DNA from: Hyphomicrobiales bacterium
GTDB lineage: Bacteria; Pseudomonadota; Alphaproteobacteria; Rhodospirillales; JACKKN01
NCBI GenBank assembly: GCA_024236415.1
Contig: JACKKN010000008.1
Span: 1 to 64,000 of the forward strand
Length of the DNA stretch: 64,000 bases
Reading direction: 5' to 3'
How positions within the stretch are numbered: the stretch's first letter is position 1; each line of letters starts with the position of its first letter. The position numbers were made by a program, and so were the translations under genes. Below, piece after piece: positions 1 to 8,151 of the stretch. The notes under the pieces were generated by a model that made no database searches, was not told where the DNA came from, and worked only from the letters and a program-made list of their open reading frames with translations.

Positions 1-1
1 G

Positions 2-1270
2 TCGCAGTGGCGCCGCCTGGGCTGGGGCGTGATCACCGTGTTCCTGGGCGGGTTCGTGGTGTGGGCGTCCTTCACCCGCCTGGACAGCGCCGTCATCGCC
101 CACGGCGTGGTCGGCGTCGAGTCCAACCGCAAGACCGTTCAGCACCTGGAGGGCGGCATCGTCAAGGACATCCTGGTCGCCGAGGGCGAGCGGGTGGTGG
201 CCGGCCAGCCCCTGGTCCGGTTCGACGACACCAAGGCCCGGGCGACCCTGGACCTGCTGCGCGGCCAGCGCGTCGCCGCCCTGGCCCTGAAGGCCCGTCT
301 GGAGGCCGAGCGTGACGGCAAGCGCGAGATCGACTTCCCCGAGGAGCTGATGGTGCGCGCCGACGACGCCCGGGTCACGGCCCTGATGGTGGCCCAGACC
401 GACGCCTTCGAGGCGCGCCGGCGCACCTTGACCCAGCAGGAATCCATCCTGCAAGAGCGGATCCAGAAGTTCCGCAGCGAGATCACCGGCCTGCAGGCCC
501 AGACCCACGCCGGCGAGGAGCAGCTCGCCCTCATCAACGAGGAGCTGTTCGGCGCCGAGGAACTGCTGGCCAAGGGCCTGATCCCCAAGACCCGGGTGCT
601 GGCCCTGAAGCGCCGCGCCGCCGAGATCCAGGGCGAGATCGGCGAGAACAGGGCCAAGGTCGCCCGCGCCGGCGAGTCCATCGGCGAACTGCGCCTGCAG
701 CTCACCCTGCCCACCTCCAAGACCCAGACCCAGGTCACGGACCAGTTGCAGCAGGTGGTGGCGCGCATTGGCGACCTGGACGACAAGATCCTGGCCGCCC
801 GCGACATCCTGACCCGCACCGAGGTGCGGGCGCCGCAGTCGGGCCTGGTGCTGGACCTGCAGTTCCACACCGCCGGCGGCGTGGTGCAGCCGGGCCAGAA
901 GATCATGGACCTGGTGCCCGACAAGGACCGCCTGGTGGTCGACCTGCGGGTGGCGCCCAAGGACATCGACGCCGTGTACAAGGGCATGCCGGCCCGCGCC
1001 CGCCTGACCGCCTTCAGCGCCCGCACCACGGCGCCCCTGGAAGGCAAGGTCACCGCCGTGTCGGCCGACCGCGTGGTCGACCCGGCCACCGGCACCGCCT
1101 ACTTCACGGCCCGCATGGCGCCGCGCGCGGACGTGCCCGGCCTGGACCCGGCCAAGCTGAGCCCGGGCATGCAGGCCGAGGTGTTCCTGGTGACGTCGCA
1201 GCGCACGGTGCTGGACTTCATGCTGGAGCCGGTGACCCGCAGCTTCCAGCGGGCCGGGCGGGAGTCCTGA
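2..1270 (+). CDS. Type I secretion system membrane-fusion (periplasmic adaptor) protein, HlyD family; 5' end runs off the window
   Basis: Open frame continues upstream of the GTG at 29 to position 2. N-terminal TM helix (ITVFLGGFVVWASF), then long coiled-coil and C-terminal beta-barrel typical of HlyD/AprE adaptors. Ends at stop 1268-1270. Confidence 0.8.
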   Translation, partial: SQWRRLGWGVITVFLGGFVVWASFTRLDSAVIAHGVVGVESNRKTVQHLEGGIVKDILVAEGERVVAGQPLVRFDDTKARATLDLLRGQRVAALALKARLEAERDGKREIDFPEELMVRADDARVTALMVAQTDAFEARRRTLTQQESILQERIQKFRSEITGLQAQTHAGEEQLALINEELFGAEELLAKGLIPKTRVLALKRRAAEIQGEIGENRAKVARAGESIGELRLQLTLPTSKTQTQVTDQLQQVVARIGDLDDKILAARDILTRTEVRAPQSGLVLDLQFHTAGGVVQPGQKIMDLVPDKDRLVVDLRVAPKDIDAVYKGMPARARLTAFSARTTAPLEGKVTAVSADRVVDPATGTAYFTARMAPRADVPGLDPAKLSPGMQAEVFLVTSQRTVLDFMLEPVTRSFQRAGRES

Positions 1271-1319
1271 TCCCCGGGAACTGTCCCGGCCTTCGATCCC
1301 CTCTTTCCTGACCTGTCCC

Positions 1320-1350
1320 GGCGGGGGCGTCCATCGCCCCCGCCGTTTTT
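1320..1350 (+). terminator. Rho-independent terminator after the HlyD-family gene
   Basis: 10-bp GC stem ggcgggggcg / cgcccccgcc with 5-nt loop tccat, followed by gttttt. Confidence 0.7.
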
Positions 1351-1440
1351 CGTGGCAGGCAGGGATTCGCCACCGCCTCGGCGTGGATGCCCGGATCAAG
1401 TCCGGGCATGGCATAATTGTTTGAAATATATACAATTTCG

Positions 1441-1463
1441 TCATGGCCGGGCCTGGCCCGGCC
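1441..1463 (-). terminator. 23-nt perfect palindrome (atggccgggcc t ggcccggccat) next to an AT-rich tract; candidate terminator for the convergent cyclase gene
   Basis: Seen directly; it lies just past the 3' end (1547) of the minus-strand cyclase gene and flanks an unusually AT-rich stretch at 1418-1440. Confidence 0.35.
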
Positions 1464-1546
1464 ATCCACGACCGCCGCGGGAACGACGGCGTCGCGGTGC
1501 GGGCCGGGACGGTTCCCCCCGTGGAGACCTGACCGTTCCCGACCCC

Positions 1547-3226
1547 TCACAGGGGAATGGCGGCCGGGTCGGTGACGGCGTGCACGGGGATGGTCTCGAC
1601 CCGGCCGCGGATTTCGGCGTCGTGGCGCGGGAAGGCGGCCATGTCCAGCCCCGCCGCCGCCGCCGCCGCGGCCGAGACCACCAGCGGACAGCCGAATTCC
1701 TTGGTCAGGGCCTCCAGCCGGGCGGCCACGTTGACGTTGTCCCCCACCGCCGACAGCAGCGGCGAGGCCGGCGGCCCCATGGTGCCGACGATGGCCTCGC
1801 CGGCGTGGATGCCGATGCCGATGCGCAGGGTCACGCCCAGCTCGCCGCGCAGTTGCCCGTTCAGTTCCTCCAGGCGCTCGCACATGCGCACGGCGCCGGT
1901 GACGGCCTGGCGACAGCCGGTCTCGAAACCCAGGTCCAGGCCGTACAGCGCCATCAGCCCGTCGCCCGTGAACTGGGCGTAATGGCCGCCCGTCTCCTCC
2001 AGGGCCTGGGTGATCTCGGTGAAGAACCGGTTCAGGATGAACACCGTGTCATAGGCCATGTAGGTCTCGGCCATCTTGGTCGATTCGCGCAGGTCCACGA
2101 ACATCACCGCCACCGGCTGCTCGGACCCGTCCACCCCGCCGCGGCGCCGGCCCATGGCCACGGTGGCGTCCACCGGCAGCAGCGGCGTCGCCGCCAGGTC
2201 GCGGCGCGGCCGGATCTGGCAGGCCAGGCGCACGTTGGCCGGGGCTCCGATGCGGTCCAGGGCCGTCCGCTCGATGGCGCGTGGCGGCGTCAGGGCGTGC
2301 AGGCCGTCGGCGTCCACCCGCACCCGGCAGGTGGAGCAGCGGCCGCGCCCGCCGCAGACCGAGGCATGGGGGATGCCGGCCTGGCGCAGGGCGTCCAGCA
2401 GGGTGATGCCCACTGGCGCCGTGACCGGCCGCCGGTCGGGCAGGTGGATGCGGAACCGGCCGCGGCGGTTGCGGTACAGGCGACGCAGCCAGCGCGCCAG
2501 CAGCACCGCGGCCAGCAGGCCGGCATAGGTCCACAGCACGGTTCGGGTCATGGTCTCGGCCGTGGGCCCGGCTTCGTTGCCGGCCGGGGCGGCCTGTTTC
2601 CCGGCGCCGTCGCCGAAATCGTAGTCGCCGTAGGAATCCGGCGCCTGGGCCGCGGCCTGGCGGCTGTAGGTCTGGCCGGCCTGGTTGAAGCCGACCAGCG
2701 CCAGCACCGGCACCAGGCTGGCCACCACCAGCAGCGCCGGCGCCGTGCGCCCGTACCAGGGGTACAGCCGCAGCCAGAAGTGCAGGCCCACGCACATGTG
2801 CAGCCAGGCCACCACCAGGCCCGACAACTGGCGCGCCATGCCCCAGGGGTCGGCCCAGTAGAACAGGATCACGTCGCGGTAGCTGACCACCTGGCCCACG
2901 GCCATGAACATGCCCATGGTCCCGGCCGCATGCAGGGCCAGCAGCGGCGGAATCAGAAGCCCCAGCCAGAGTTGCGTCGCCTCCCAGGCCGGCATGCGCA
3001 GAGTGCTGCGGCGGAAGAGGGCCCATAGGGCCAGGAAGAAGTGGGTCAGCAGGGCCGTCAGCAGGGTTGCCGCGCCCACGGGCCCGGTCCAGACCGCGTG
3101 GTGGACCCGGCGCGCCGCCTCCATGGCGTCCAGGGACAGCAGGCCCAGGGCCAGGTTCAGCAGGTGCAACAGCACATAGGTGGCCAGGATCAGGCCGGTG
3201 ATCAGGCGCAGGCGGCGAATGAACAT
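1547..3226 (-). CDS. Membrane-anchored class III adenylate/guanylate cyclase with internal plant-type [2Fe-2S] ferredoxin domain
   Basis: N-terminal ~6 hydrophobic helices. Ferredoxin motif CGGRGRCSTC...LACQIRP (CX5CX2C...C). C-terminal cyclase homology domain (VAVMFVDLRESTKM ... FTGDGLMALYG ... RIGIGIHAGEAIVG). Confidence 0.8.
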   Translation of the reverse strand: MFIRRLRLITGLILATYVLLHLLNLALGLLSLDAMEAARRVHHAVWTGPVGAATLLTALLTHFFLALWALFRRSTLRMPAWEATQLWLGLLIPPLLALHAAGTMGMFMAVGQVVSYRDVILFYWADPWGMARQLSGLVVAWLHMCVGLHFWLRLYPWYGRTAPALLVVASLVPVLALVGFNQAGQTYSRQAAAQAPDSYGDYDFGDGAGKQAAPAGNEAGPTAETMTRTVLWTYAGLLAAVLLARWLRRLYRNRRGRFRIHLPDRRPVTAPVGITLLDALRQAGIPHASVCGGRGRCSTCRVRVDADGLHALTPPRAIERTALDRIGAPANVRLACQIRPRRDLAATPLLPVDATVAMGRRRGGVDGSEQPVAVMFVDLRESTKMAETYMAYDTVFILNRFFTEITQALEETGGHYAQFTGDGLMALYGLDLGFETGCRQAVTGAVRMCERLEELNGQLRGELGVTLRIGIGIHAGEAIVGTMGPPASPLLSAVGDNVNVAARLEALTKEFGCPLVVSAAAAAAAGLDMAAFPRHDAEIRGRVETIPVHAVTDPAAIPL

Positions 3227-3248
3227 GGCCCGGTCCCCGCGGCCGCCG

Positions 3249-4664
3249 TCAGGCCGGCGGCACCACCTTGCCGGGGTTGAGGATGCCGGCCGGGTCCAGC
3301 GCCGCCTTGACCCGGCGCATCAGCTCCACCTCCACCGCCGACTTGTAGCGGGCCATGTCGGGGATCTTGAGCTGGCCGACCCCGTGCTCGGCGCTGAAGC
3401 TGCCGTGCAGCTCGGCCACCAGGTCGTGGACCTTCTCGTTGATGGCCTCGCGCCCGGCCATGAACGCGGCCGGGTCGGCGCCCTCGGGCTGGGACAGGTT
3501 GTAGTGGATGTTGCCGTCGCCCACATGGCCGAAGGCAACCGGCCGCACGCCGGGGATCTCGGACTCGCACAGGGCAATCGCCCGGTGCATGAAGGCGGGC
3601 ACGGCCGACACGGGGACCGAGACGTCGTGCTTGATGGACGCGCCCTCGCTCTTCTGCGCCTCGGGGATCGATTCGCGGATGCGCCACAGGTCCTGGCGCT
3701 GGCCCTCGCTGCCGGCGATGACCGCGTCCAGCACGGCGCCGTCCTCCATGGCCGCGCCCAGGACCGTCTCCAGCACCTGCGCCAGGTCGTCCTCGGCGCG
3801 CGGGCTGGTCAGCTCCACCAGGGCGTAGTAGGGGTGCGGCGCGGCGAAGGGATCGCGGCAGTCGGGGCCGTGGCGCACGGCGAAGTCCAGGGCCCGGTGC
3901 TGCATCATCTCGAACGCCGTCAGCAGGTCGCCGCAGGTGCCCTGGGCGCGGCCGAACAGGTCGATCACCGCGTCCACGTCGGGCAGGGCGACGAGCGCCG
4001 TGGCCGTGACCCGCGGCCGGGGGAACAGCTTCAGCACCGCCGCCGTGATGATGCCCAGCGTGCCTTCCGAGCCCAGGTAGAGCTGCTTCAGGTCGTACCC
4101 CGTGTTGTCCTTGCGCAGGCCGCGCAGGCCGTCCCACACGCGGCCATCGGGCAGCACCACCTCCAGCCCCAGCACCAGGTCGCGCGCGTTGCCGTATCGC
4201 AGCACGTTGACCCCGCCGGCGTTGGTCGACAGGTTGCCGCCGATGCGGCAGCTCCCCTCGGCGGCCAGGCTGAGGGGAAACAGCGCGTCGGCCTCCTCGG
4301 CGGCGCGCTGCACGTCGGCCAGGATGACCCCGGCCTCGACGGTGATGGTCTTGTTCACCGGATCGACGGCGCGCACGGCGTTCAGGCGCGCGGTGGACAG
4401 CACGATCCCGCCGTCGGGCACCGTGCCGCCGCACAGGCTGGTGTTGCCGCCCTGGGTGGCGATGGGCACCCCGGCGGCGGCGCAGATGGCCACCACCCGG
4501 GCCACCTCGCCGGTGCTGGCCGGGCGCACCACGGCGTCGCAGGTGCCCGTGAACATGCCCCGCTCCTCGGTGCGGTAGGGCGCCATGTCGGCGGGATCGT
4601 CGATCCAGCCCCTGTCACCGACGGCGGCGCGCAGGTCACGCAGCACGGAGTCGTTCACGGCCAT
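3249..4664 (-). CDS. FAD-linked oxidase (GlcD / D-lactate / D-2-hydroxyacid dehydrogenase family)
   Basis: 471 aa. N-terminal FAD-binding PCMH-type domain (VVRPASTGEVARVVAICAAAGVPIATQGGNTSLCGG), C-terminal FAD-oxidase_C domain ending HGVGQLK. Confidence 0.8.
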   Translation of the reverse strand: MAVNDSVLRDLRAAVGDRGWIDDPADMAPYRTEERGMFTGTCDAVVRPASTGEVARVVAICAAAGVPIATQGGNTSLCGGTVPDGGIVLSTARLNAVRAVDPVNKTITVEAGVILADVQRAAEEADALFPLSLAAEGSCRIGGNLSTNAGGVNVLRYGNARDLVLGLEVVLPDGRVWDGLRGLRKDNTGYDLKQLYLGSEGTLGIITAAVLKLFPRPRVTATALVALPDVDAVIDLFGRAQGTCGDLLTAFEMMQHRALDFAVRHGPDCRDPFAAPHPYYALVELTSPRAEDDLAQVLETVLGAAMEDGAVLDAVIAGSEGQRQDLWRIRESIPEAQKSEGASIKHDVSVPVSAVPAFMHRAIALCESEIPGVRPVAFGHVGDGNIHYNLSQPEGADPAAFMAGREAINEKVHDLVAELHGSFSAEHGVGQLKIPDMARYKSAVEVELMRRVKAALDPAGILNPGKVVPPA

Positions 4665-4717
4665 GGGATATCCTTTTCCGGGCGGTCTCTTCGATGTCCT
4701 TGGTCGGGGGCAGGATG

Positions 4718-5755
4718 CTACCGGCTCGCCTCGCCGTCGTCCAGCGGCCGGCAGGGGGCGGCGGGGCCGCGGTCCTCGTGCCAGTCGTCATCGTCCCCGT
4801 CGTCCGCGGCCGGGGTGGCGGCGCGGCGCAGGCGGTCGTTGATGGCCCGGCCCAAACCCACCTCGGGGATGGGCATGACGGCGATGCCGCGGATGCCGGG
4901 CACGTCCAGCGCCCGCATCATGGCGAACAGGTTGGCCGCCGCCTCCTGCAGGTCGCCCTTGCGGCTCAGGTTGAGCGCCCGCTTGGGCGCCGCGGGGCCG
5001 AAGCCCAGCAGGGCCTCGCCCTTCTCGCGCTCGGTGACGTCCAGGCGCAGGGGGATGGAGGGGGCGTAGTGGCGGCTGAGCATGCCGGGCGACCTGGGCG
5101 ACGCGGCGTCCTTGGGGTCGGGCTGGGCCAGGGGGCCGATCACCGCCTCGATCACCTCGGCCGGCACGCCGCCGGGGCGCAGCAGCACGGCGGCGGGGCC
5201 GCTGACGTCCACCACCGTCGATTCGATGCCCACCCGGCACTGGCCGCCGTCCAGCACGGCGGCGATGCGCCCGCCCAGGGACGCGGTGACGTGGACGCTG
5301 TTGGTGGCGCTGATCTCGCTGGAGCGGTTGGCGCTGGGCGCCGCCAGGGGCCGGCCGCAGGCCCGCAGCAGGGCCTGGGCGAAGGGGTTGTCGGGCACCC
5401 GCACGGCCACGGTGTCGAGCCCGGCGCTGACCAGCAGCGACAGTCCCGAGTCGGGCCGCCGGCGCAGCACCAGGGTCAGGGCGCCGGGCCAGAAGGTGGC
5501 GGCCAGCTCGCGCGCCCGGTCATCCATCTCGACCAGGCGCTCCACCGCCGCCAGGTCGGGGCAGTGGACGATCAGGGGGTTGAAGCGCGGCCGGTCCTTG
5601 GCGGCGAAGATGGCGGCCACGGCGGCGTCGTTGGTGGCGTCGGCGCCCAGGCCATAGACGGTCTCGGTGGGGAAGGCGACCAGTTCGCCGGCGCGCAGTA
5701 ACTCGGCGGCGCGGGCGACGCCGTCGGCCGAGGCCGAAAGGATCTGGGTGTCCAT
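4718..5755 (-). CDS. tsaC: L-threonylcarbamoyladenylate synthase (TsaC/Sua5/YwlC long form)
   Basis: YrdC-domain motifs (LVAFPTETVYGLGADA; RPRFNPLIVH; APSANRS) plus a C-terminal Sua5 domain. Confidence 0.85.
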   Translation of the reverse strand: MDTQILSASADGVARAAELLRAGELVAFPTETVYGLGADATNDAAVAAIFAAKDRPRFNPLIVHCPDLAAVERLVEMDDRARELAATFWPGALTLVLRRRPDSGLSLLVSAGLDTVAVRVPDNPFAQALLRACGRPLAAPSANRSSEISATNSVHVTASLGGRIAAVLDGGQCRVGIESTVVDVSGPAAVLLRPGGVPAEVIEAVIGPLAQPDPKDAASPRSPGMLSRHYAPSIPLRLDVTEREKGEALLGFGPAAPKRALNLSRKGDLQEAAANLFAMMRALDVPGIRGIAVMPIPEVGLGRAINDRLRRAATPAADDGDDDDWHEDRGPAAPCRPLDDGEASR

Positions 5756-5773
5756 GGCGCGCCGGTCCCGGGT

Positions 5774-6562
5774 CTACTTGCCGTCGGCGCCCCAGGCGAT
5801 GAAGTGGGGGTTCTCGAAGCCCGGCTTGGCGTACAGGAACTTGCCGCCGTCGGCGGTGGTCATGCGGCCGCCGGCGGCGCGCAGCACGGCATGGCCGGCG
5901 GCGGTGTCCCACTCCATGGTGCGGCCCATGCGCGGATAGACGTCGGCGCGGCCCGTGGCCACCAGGCAGAACTTGATCGAGCTGCCCGACGAGATCTCCT
6001 CCTTGACCGTGTAGTCCTTGAGGAACTCGTCCACCTCGGGGGTGCGGTGGGACCGGCTGACCACGGCGACGATGCCGTCGGCGGCCGGGCTGCGCACGCC
6101 GATGCGCCGCGGCTTGGCGCCGTCGGTCTCGGCGAAGGCGCCGTGCACGCTGCCCCAGTAGGTGGCGTTCAGGGCCGGGGCGTGGACCACGCCCAGGACC
6201 GGCACGCGGTTCTCGATCAAGGCGATATTGACCGTGAACTCGCCCTTCTTGGTGACGAACTGCTTGGTGCCGTCCAGGGGGTCCACCAGCCAGAACGGGC
6301 CGTCGCCGACCTCGGGGATGGTGCCGGCGGCGACCGACTCCTCGGCGACGATGGGATAGGCGTCGGAAACCTCGGCGCGGATGGCCTTCAGGATCAGGTC
6401 CTCGGCATGCTGGTCGGCCAGGGTCACGGGCGAGGCGTCGGACTTGGTGTCCACGTCGAAATCGGTGCGATAGATCTTCATGATTTCGGCGCCCGCGCGC
6501 TTGGAGATGTCGCAGAGCTGTCGCGTCAGGTCGAGGCTGATGTTGAGCACGAGTCGGGGACT
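5774..6562 (-). CDS. cysQ: 3'(2'),5'-bisphosphate nucleotidase CysQ (inositol monophosphatase family)
   Basis: IMPase motifs (WLVDPLDGTKQF; metal-binding DP.DGT; C-terminal WDTAAGHAVL). Only the last ~262 codons of the 599-aa ORF are genuine; start is most likely the GTG/ATG near 6562. Confidence 0.75.
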   Translation of the reverse strand, partial: SPRLVLNISLDLTRQLCDISKRAGAEIMKIYRTDFDVDTKSDASPVTLADQHAEDLILKAIRAEVSDAYPIVAEESVAAGTIPEVGDGPFWLVDPLDGTKQFVTKKGEFTVNIALIENRVPVLGVVHAPALNATYWGSVHGAFAETDGAKPRRIGVRSPAADGIVAVVSRSHRTPEVDEFLKDYTVKEEISSGSSIKFCLVATGRADVYPRMGRTMEWDTAAGHAVLRAAGGRMTTADGGKFLYAKPGFENPHFIAWGADGK

Positions 6563-6627
6563 CCCATGGATTTCCGGCGCCCGGAGTGGCGCGGGGCGGC
6601 CCTTTGTTGTCCGCGCGGCGCCGCTTG

Positions 6628-8079
6628 TCAACCGGGGAGGGCGGCCCACAGGGCGGCCGGGTCGTCCAGGTCGGCCGACGAAACCTCCTCGCTGACGAAG
6701 CGCCAGGCCTTCAGGCCCGGCACCGCGGCCCCGGGCGACAGGCCGGCCTTGATCTTCAGGTGCTGCAGGAAGCGCACCGGCTCGGGCAGCTCGGCCCAGA
6801 CCGCCGGCAGGAACAGGGCGCGGCGGCCGTGGTCCTCGATGATCAGGCCGTCGGTGCCCGGGCGCAGGGCCGCCAGCAGGCCGGCCTCGCCGTCGCAGGC
6901 GATGGGCGCGGGCGGGCTGAGCACGGCGATGGAAAGGGTCAGGTCCGCCACCTCGTCGGCCGCCAGCGGCGCGAAGCGGTGGTCGCGGAAGGCGGCGGCG
7001 AAGGCGTTCTCGGCCACGTCCGCCAGCAGCGGCCGGTGCGCCAGGGGCGAGCCGATGCAGCCGCGCAGCCTGCCGTCTTTCTTCAGGGTCACGAAGCAGG
7101 CGCCCTTGGCGGCCAGGGCCGGGTCGCCGGCCGCCGCCGGGTCCACGGCCAGGGGCCGGCCGTGTTGCAGCCCATGGACGATGGACCGGGCCGCCAGGCG
7201 CAGCAGGTCGGCGCCCAGGCGGTCCAGCAGGGCCCGGGTGCCGGCGCCGAAGTCCGCCTCGCCGCGCAGGGCCTGGGTGGCGCGGGGCTCGACGAACACC
7301 CAGGCGCCATAGCCCACCACCCGTGCCTTGTCGCCGGCGGTGTCGCCCGAGTTGCGCAGGTCCACGGTGCTGACCTGCATCCCCTTGCGCCGGGCCAGGG
7401 TCAGCAGCCCGCCCACCGGAATCCGGCCGCAGGCCTGGTCGCGGCCCAGGGCGGCGGGGTCCAGGGTCTCGATGGCGCGGCAGGTCTCGCCGTCCAGGCG
7501 CCGCGCCGTGTCGTAGTCCAGGTAATGGCTCAGGTCCGAGCTGACGACGATCAGCGTCTCGGGCCCGCCCCACAGGCGGTCCAGCACCTGGGCCACCTCC
7601 TCGGCGCCGGCCTGGCCGACTACCAGGGGCACCAGGGCGAAGTCGTCCAGGACCGTCTGCAGGAACGGCAGGTGCACCTCCAGGCTGTGCTCCTGGGCGT
7701 GGGTGGGGTCGAACTCGGCGACCTGGGGCAGGGTCAGGATGTCGGCGATGGCGGCCCTGTCCAGGGGCACCGGGCCCAGCGGCGTGGCGAAGGCGTCGGC
7801 GCCGCTGGCCGCCAGGCCGCGCACCGGCACCCGATGGCAGGGGCCCAGCAGCACCACGCGGCGGATCAGCCCGCGCGCCGGCCGCATCCGGGCATAGGCC
7901 GTGGCCGCCACCGGCCCGGAATAGACGTATCCCGCGTGCGGCGCGATGATGGCCTTGGGCACCGGGGTGCCGGCCGGGACCTGGACCTGGGACAGGTAGA
8001 ACTGGACCGCGGCCGCCAGCTCGCGGCGGTCGCCGGGGTAGAACATGCCGGCCACGGCGGCCGGTCGAACATGGCCCAT
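6628..8079 (-). CDS. AmmeMemoRadiSam system fused protein B-A: Memo-like domain (N-terminal) + AMMECR1 domain (C-terminal)
   Basis: N-terminus RPAAVAGMFYPGD is the hallmark start of the Memo1/AmmeMemoRadiSam protein B family. The C-terminal half carries the AMMECR1 signature LRGCIGS with the surrounding domain. Confidence 0.8.
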   Translation of the reverse strand: MGHVRPAAVAGMFYPGDRRELAAAVQFYLSQVQVPAGTPVPKAIIAPHAGYVYSGPVAATAYARMRPARGLIRRVVLLGPCHRVPVRGLAASGADAFATPLGPVPLDRAAIADILTLPQVAEFDPTHAQEHSLEVHLPFLQTVLDDFALVPLVVGQAGAEEVAQVLDRLWGGPETLIVVSSDLSHYLDYDTARRLDGETCRAIETLDPAALGRDQACGRIPVGGLLTLARRKGMQVSTVDLRNSGDTAGDKARVVGYGAWVFVEPRATQALRGEADFGAGTRALLDRLGADLLRLAARSIVHGLQHGRPLAVDPAAAGDPALAAKGACFVTLKKDGRLRGCIGSPLAHRPLLADVAENAFAAAFRDHRFAPLAADEVADLTLSIAVLSPPAPIACDGEAGLLAALRPGTDGLIIEDHGRRALFLPAVWAELPEPVRFLQHLKIKAGLSPGAAVPGLKAWRFVSEEVSSADLDDPAALWAALPG

Positions 8080-8151
8080 GGGACCCTCCGCCTGTGCTAC
8101 AATATACGGTGCCTAGATGTGCATTCTAGCAAACGGTTCAAGGCCACGGCC
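8080..8151. promoter_or_regulatory. Divergent promoter region between the Memo-AMMECR1 fusion and the radical SAM gene, with an imperfect palindrome cctaga-N7-tctagc
   Basis: 72-bp spacer that is AT-rich relative to the flanking DNA (ctacaatatacggtgcctagatgtgcattctagcaaacgg). Palindromic half-sites seen directly; operator function is inferred. Confidence 0.3.

Noticed and set aside
7-315. 102-aa + strand ORF at the window start
   Set aside because: Out-of-frame overlap with the HlyD-family gene. R/G/P-rich composition typical of wrong-frame ORFs in high-GC DNA.
1352-5069. Long + strand ORFs (1352..3028, 3180..5069) of 558 and 629 aa
   Set aside because: Antisense to the cyclase and FAD-oxidase genes, which have clear domain homology. 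Composition dominated by R, G, A, P, H, Q runs with no domain signatures.
5774-7573. 599-aa minus-strand ORF
   Set aside because: Only the C-terminal ~262 codons match inositol monophosphatase/CysQ. The N-terminal 330 residues are R/P/G junk overlapping the Memo-AMMECR1 gene region in another frame.
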